The notes below the pieces were generated by a model. The model was given only the letters and a program-made list of their open reading frames with translations. It ran no database searches and had not been told where the DNA came from. Shown here one piece after another: positions 43,209 to 47,368 of a stretch of DNA of 47,368 nt. The DNA lies in NCBI GenBank assembly GCA_900313795.1, contig OMSS01000001.1:1-47368 (forward strand), in the 5' to 3' direction. The DNA is from an uncultured bacterium (lineage in GTDB: Bacteria; Cyanobacteriota; Vampirovibrionia; Gastranaerophilales; Gastranaerophilaceae). Position 1 is the stretch's first letter, and the number at the start of each line of letters is the position of its first letter. A program made the position numbers and the translations under genes.

Positions 43209-46200
43209 ATGGCAGGAAAAACAATAACAGTTGACGGTAACTACGCTGCAGCACACATTGCGTATGCACTCAGCGAAGTATCGGCAATTTACCCTATCAC
43301 TCCTTCATCTACAATGGGTGAATGGGTTGATGAATGGGCTTCTCAACACAAGAAAAACATTTGGGGCAGAGAAGTTAAAGTTGCTGAAATGCAGTCAGAA
43401 GCAGGTGCAGCAGGTGCTGTTCACGGTTCATTGGCAGCAGGTTCATTGACTTCAACATACACAGCTTCACAAGGTTTGTTGTTGATGATTCCGGTTATGC
43501 ACAAGGTAGCAGGGGAAATGATTCCTCACGTAATTCACGTTTCTGCTCGTGCATTGGCTGCTCAATCATTGGCAATTTTCGGTGACCACACAGACGTTAT
43601 GGGTTGCAGAAATACAGGTTATGCAATGCTCGCAGCTAACTCAGTTCAAGAAGAAATGGATATGGCTTTGGTTGCTCACTTGTCAACATACAAAGCAAAA
43701 GTTCCGTTCTTGCAATTCTTTGATGGCTTCAGAACTTCTCACGAAATTCACAAAATCGAAGAAATTTCATACGAAGACATCGCAAAATTGGTTGAACCTA
43801 AATACATCGAAGAATTCAGAGCAAGAGCAATGAGACCTGAAGCACCGATTTGTAAAGTTGGTGCTCAAAACACAGATGTATATTTCCAAGGTCGTGAAAC
43901 AGTTAACAAATATTATGATGCTGTTCCTGACATTGTTCAAGAATACATGGACAAAGTTGCAAAAGTAACAGGCAGACAATATCACCCGTTTGATTACGTA
44001 GGTGCTCCTGATGCAACAGATGTAATCGTAGCAATCGGTTCAGGTTGCGAAACAATCGAAGAAACAATCGATTACTTGAATGCAACAAGAGGTACTAAGT
44101 ACGGTTTGGTTAAAGTTAGATTATACAGACCGTTTGATGTAAAACGTTTCAACGAAGCACTTCCTGCATCAGTTAAACGTATTGCGGTTCTTGATAGAAC
44201 AAAAGAACCTGGTTCAATCGGCGAACCTTTATACTTAGATGTAGTTGCAGCACTTGCTGGTAAAGACATCAGAATCATCGGCGGCCGTTACGGTTTGTCA
44301 TCAAAAGAATTTACGCCGTCAATGGTTTACGCTATTTACAAACACAGCGAAAACAATGGTTTCCACGGATTTACAGTTGGTATCGAAGATGATGTTACAA
44401 ACAAATCATTGAAAATTGAAGAACACATCGTTACAGAACCTGAAGGTACTACAAACTGTATGTTCTGGGGCTTGGGTTCAGACGGTACCGTTGGTGCTAA
44501 CAAAAACTCAATCAAAATCATTGGTCAATATACAAACAAAGATGCTCAAGCATACTTTGCTTATGACTCAAAGAAATCTTTCGGTGTAACTGTTTCTCAC
44601 TTGAGATTTGGTGACAAACAAATCAAATCAACATATTTGATTACTGCACCTGACTTTGTATCTTGCTCAGCACACGCTTATATCGGCAGATATGACTTGT
44701 TGAAAGGTATTAAAGAAAACGGTACATTCTTATTGAATTCACCTTATTCAAAAGAAGAAGCATTTGCTCACTTAACAAGAGATATGCAAGAAACAATCAT
44801 CAACAAGAAGATTAAGTTCTACAATATTGATGCGGAAAAATTGATTAAGTCACAACCCGGCTTGCGTGGTAAAGGTGCAAACACAGTTATGATGGTTGCA
44901 TACTTCAAAGTTTCAGGAATCATTCCGTTCGAACAAGCACTCGAAGGTATGAAAGAAATGACGAAGAAAACATTCAAGAAGAAAGGTGACGATGTTGTTA
45001 ATATGAATATCGCATTGATTGATGCAGCAGTTGATGCTTGCGAAGAAGTTGAAGTTCCTTCATCATTGGACGGTGTTGCACACGCAGAAGTTGTTAAATT
45101 GATTCCTGATGACGCATCAGACTTCGCTAAGAAGATTATTGAACCTTCAATGAGACAAAAAGGTGATGATATCCCTGTTTCAGCAATGTCAGTTGACGGT
45201 GTAATTCCGACAGGTACTGCTTGCCTTGAAAAACGTGGTATTGCTCCGAGAGTTCCGCATTGGAACGCTGAGTTCTGTTTACAATGCGGTATTTGTGCAT
45301 CAGCATGTCCGCACGCTGCAATCAGAACGAAGTTGGTTGAAGCAGAAAACTTGAAAGATGCTCCTGCATCATTCAACACAGTTGATGCTAAACCGAATGC
45401 AAACGGCGAAAAATTCAAAGTTCAAGTATACTGCAAAGATTGTACGGGTTGCGGTGTATGTTTAGATCAATGTCCTGCAATGAAAATCCCCGGCAAAGAA
45501 GCATTAGGTTGGTCATCACTTGAAGCTGAAGAAGCAGCAGGTGAATGCGAAAACGAAAAATTCTTCGACGAATTGCCTGATAACGTAATGGGTAAAAACA
45601 CAACTAAGACAATTAAGGGTGCAATGCTCAGAAAACCGTTGTTTGAATTCTCAGGTGCTTGTGCAGGTTGTGGTGAAACACCTTATGTTAAATTGGTATC
45701 ACAATTATTCGGTGACAAAGCAATCGTTGCAAACGCAACAGGTTGTTCATCAATTTATTCAGGTACATTCCCGACAATTCCTTACACAAAAACTAAGGAA
45801 GGCAGAGGTACTGCTTGGGCAAACTCATTGTTCGAAGACAACGCTGAATTCGGTTTCGGTATGAGATTAGCAGTTGATGCAAACAGATCAACTTTGAAAA
45901 CATACGTTGAAAAAGTTGTTGCTAATGCAGAAACACCTCAAGACTTGAAAGATGCTTTGAATGCAGCAATGGCTCACTTCGATAACTCTAAGACAGACGA
46001 AGCAATCAATGCTCAAGAAGAAGCAAAAGCAGTTATCGCAAAATATGCAGATTGCGGATGCCCTGATTTAGCTAAGGTTCGTGAACTTCAAGATTACTTC
46101 ACAGATAAATCTGTATGGATTATTGGTGGTGACGGTTGGGCAAACGATATCGGATACGGCGGTATTGACCACGTTCTTGCTCAAAACAAAAACGTAAATA

Positions 46201-46742
46201 TCCTCGTACTTGATACAGAAGTTTACTCAAACACTGGCGGACAAGCTTCTAAGTCAACTCCGACAGCAGCAGTTGCTAAGTTCGCAACAGGTGGTAAACC
46301 GACATACAAGAAGAACATGGGCTTGATGAGCATGTCTTATGGTTACGTTTATGTTGCATCAGTTGCATTGGGTGCTGATAGAAACCAAACATTGAAAGCA
46401 TTCCAAGAAGCAGAAGCATACAACGGACCTTCAATCATCTTCGCTTATGCACCTTGTATCGCACACGGTATCGATATGAGCAAAACTCAAACCGAACAAA
46501 AACGTGCAGTTGAAGCAGGATACTTCCCGCTTTACAGATACAACCCTGCAAACGAACAACCTTTCACTTGGGACGCAAAAGATCCGAAAGGAAGTTACCA
46601 AGACTTCATCAGAAGCGAAGGTCGTTACAAATCACTCGTTAAGACTAACCCTGAAGCTGCTGAAGCACTTTACAACCAATCTGAAGCAGATGCTGCTAAG
46701 AGAATGGCTGTTTACAAATCAGTTGGCGAATTGTTGAGATAG
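43209..46742 (+). CDS. nifJ: pyruvate:ferredoxin (flavodoxin) oxidoreductase
   Basis: 1177 aa. N-terminus 'DGNYAAAHIAYALSEVSAIYPITPSS'; two ferredoxin-type motifs 'CLQCGICASACPHAA' and 'CTGCGVCLDQCP'; TPP domain 'GGDGWANDIGYGGIDH'. Strong RBS aaaggagg. Confidence 0.96.
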   Translation: MAGKTITVDGNYAAAHIAYALSEVSAIYPITPSSTMGEWVDEWASQHKKNIWGREVKVAEMQSEAGAAGAVHGSLAAGSLTSTYTASQGLLLMIPVMHKVAGEMIPHVIHVSARALAAQSLAIFGDHTDVMGCRNTGYAMLAANSVQEEMDMALVAHLSTYKAKVPFLQFFDGFRTSHEIHKIEEISYEDIAKLVEPKYIEEFRARAMRPEAPICKVGAQNTDVYFQGRETVNKYYDAVPDIVQEYMDKVAKVTGRQYHPFDYVGAPDATDVIVAIGSGCETIEETIDYLNATRGTKYGLVKVRLYRPFDVKRFNEALPASVKRIAVLDRTKEPGSIGEPLYLDVVAALAGKDIRIIGGRYGLSSKEFTPSMVYAIYKHSENNGFHGFTVGIEDDVTNKSLKIEEHIVTEPEGTTNCMFWGLGSDGTVGANKNSIKIIGQYTNKDAQAYFAYDSKKSFGVTVSHLRFGDKQIKSTYLITAPDFVSCSAHAYIGRYDLLKGIKENGTFLLNSPYSKEEAFAHLTRDMQETIINKKIKFYNIDAEKLIKSQPGLRGKGANTVMMVAYFKVSGIIPFEQALEGMKEMTKKTFKKKGDDVVNMNIALIDAAVDACEEVEVPSSLDGVAHAEVVKLIPDDASDFAKKIIEPSMRQKGDDIPVSAMSVDGVIPTGTACLEKRGIAPRVPHWNAEFCLQCGICASACPHAAIRTKLVEAENLKDAPASFNTVDAKPNANGEKFKVQVYCKDCTGCGVCLDQCPAMKIPGKEALGWSSLEAEEAAGECENEKFFDELPDNVMGKNTTKTIKGAMLRKPLFEFSGACAGCGETPYVKLVSQLFGDKAIVANATGCSSIYSGTFPTIPYTKTKEGRGTAWANSLFEDNAEFGFGMRLAVDANRSTLKTYVEKVVANAETPQDLKDALNAAMAHFDNSKTDEAINAQEEAKAVIAKYADCGCPDLAKVRELQDYFTDKSVWIIGGDGWANDIGYGGIDHVLAQNKNVNILVLDTEVYSNTGGQASKSTPTAAVAKFATGGKPTYKKNMGLMSMSYGYVYVASVALGADRNQTLKAFQEAEAYNGPSIIFAYAPCIAHGIDMSKTQTEQKRAVEAGYFPLYRYNPANEQPFTWDAKDPKGSYQDFIRSEGRYKSLVKTNPEAAEALYNQSEADAAKRMAVYKSVGELLR

Positions 46743-46770
46743 TCAACGAATTGATTAAAATTCAAGCAGA

Positions 46771-46800
46771 AAGCGGATTTCGAAAGAGTCCGCTTTTTGT
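46771..46800 (+). terminator. intrinsic terminator of nifJ
   Basis: Stem aagcgga/tccgctt followed by a T-run. Confidence 0.65.
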
Positions 46801-46835
46801 TTGACAAAAATTTTTACGTCCTATAAAATAGCTTT

Positions 46836-47294
46836 ATGTCAAACGATGACTATATTTTATTTGAACATAAGTTCACGGTTAAAGATTCCAAAAATCTTTT
46901 GAATGCTGTCATTTGCCTGTTTTTAATCTTGTGTATTTGTTTGTTTTTGTTTTTCAATATCGGTTCAATTTTGCAAACGCAAACATTTTTGAAAACGGAT
47001 TTGTATTTTTTCGGTGTAGTTATTGGGATAATTTTTGTCATTGCTTGTTCAATGCTTAGGTTTTCAACCTTTGCAAAGATTGTTTTGACCGAGGATAAAA
47101 TTATCTATAAACCGCCGATTGGTTCTCGGTTTTATGAAATGGAGTATTTTTCCATTAAACATTTTTGCTATGAAAAAACAACGTTGTTTGTTTTGGGAGA
47201 AAACCAACAACGATTAGCGGTTTGCCTTGCTAAAAATGTTGCAGAAAAAATCATTGATATTCTAAATAGCAAAATATCAAATGGTGCAGAATAG
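46836..47294 (+). CDS. hypothetical small membrane protein
   Basis: Two TM helices ('LLNAVICLFLILCICLFLFF', 'LYFFGVVIGIIFVIACSML') and a C-terminal soluble ~70 aa. I recognise no family. Confidence 0.45.
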   Translation: MSNDDYILFEHKFTVKDSKNLLNAVICLFLILCICLFLFFNIGSILQTQTFLKTDLYFFGVVIGIIFVIACSMLRFSTFAKIVLTEDKIIYKPPIGSRFYEMEYFSIKHFCYEKTTLFVLGENQQRLAVCLAKNVAEKIIDILNSKISNGAE

Positions 47295-47368
47295 TTATTG
47301 GGGCAACAAAAAGTTTTTGCACATTCTAAGTCCGTATTTGATGTAATTTAAGAGCAAAGACGGGGTTA

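Overview
AT-rich (about 35-40% GC by eye), densely coding bacterial chromosome segment. It has about 38 supportable CDS, two tRNA genes, several intrinsic terminators and a small family of hairpin repeats. I see no transposase, integrase, CRISPR array or rRNA. Standard genetic code; many genes overlap by 1-11 nt, so operons are tight. Housekeeping anchors are groES-groEL, pyruvate:ferredoxin oxidoreductase (nifJ-type), mutS2, trmFO, rsmG, tadA, rpiB, ogt, a YhhQ-type queuosine-precursor transporter, a MalK-type ABC ATPase and an OmpR/HK two-component pair. The gene content fits a fermentative low-GC lineage (Firmicutes-like or non-photosynthetic Melainabacteria-like); taxonomy cannot be settled from sequence alone. 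Candidates for undescribed biology, in my ranking: (1) a translationally coupled four-gene module, mutS2 / WYL regulator / second diverged WYL-like protein / DUF4127 (15693-21287); (2) an operon of a B12-type radical SAM enzyme, two tandem paralogous radical SAM enzymes and a signal-peptide-less 5'-nucleotidase (10500-15585), within a window carrying five radical SAM genes in 16 kb, two of them with the auxiliary Cys-rich motif at the N-terminus; (3) a receiver-ParA (CpaE/TadZ-like) ATPase coupled to a catalytically degenerate CpaF-like protein with a long acidic tail and a LysM membrane protein, with no pilus genes nearby; (4) a P-loop NTPase-TPR protein overlapping rsmG; (5) a 90-bp direct repeat that duplicates the 3' end of tRNA-Leu plus its terminator; (6) a dispersed hairpin repeat whose stem shows compensatory changes. 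All functional calls rest on motif recognition by eye. No database search was run.
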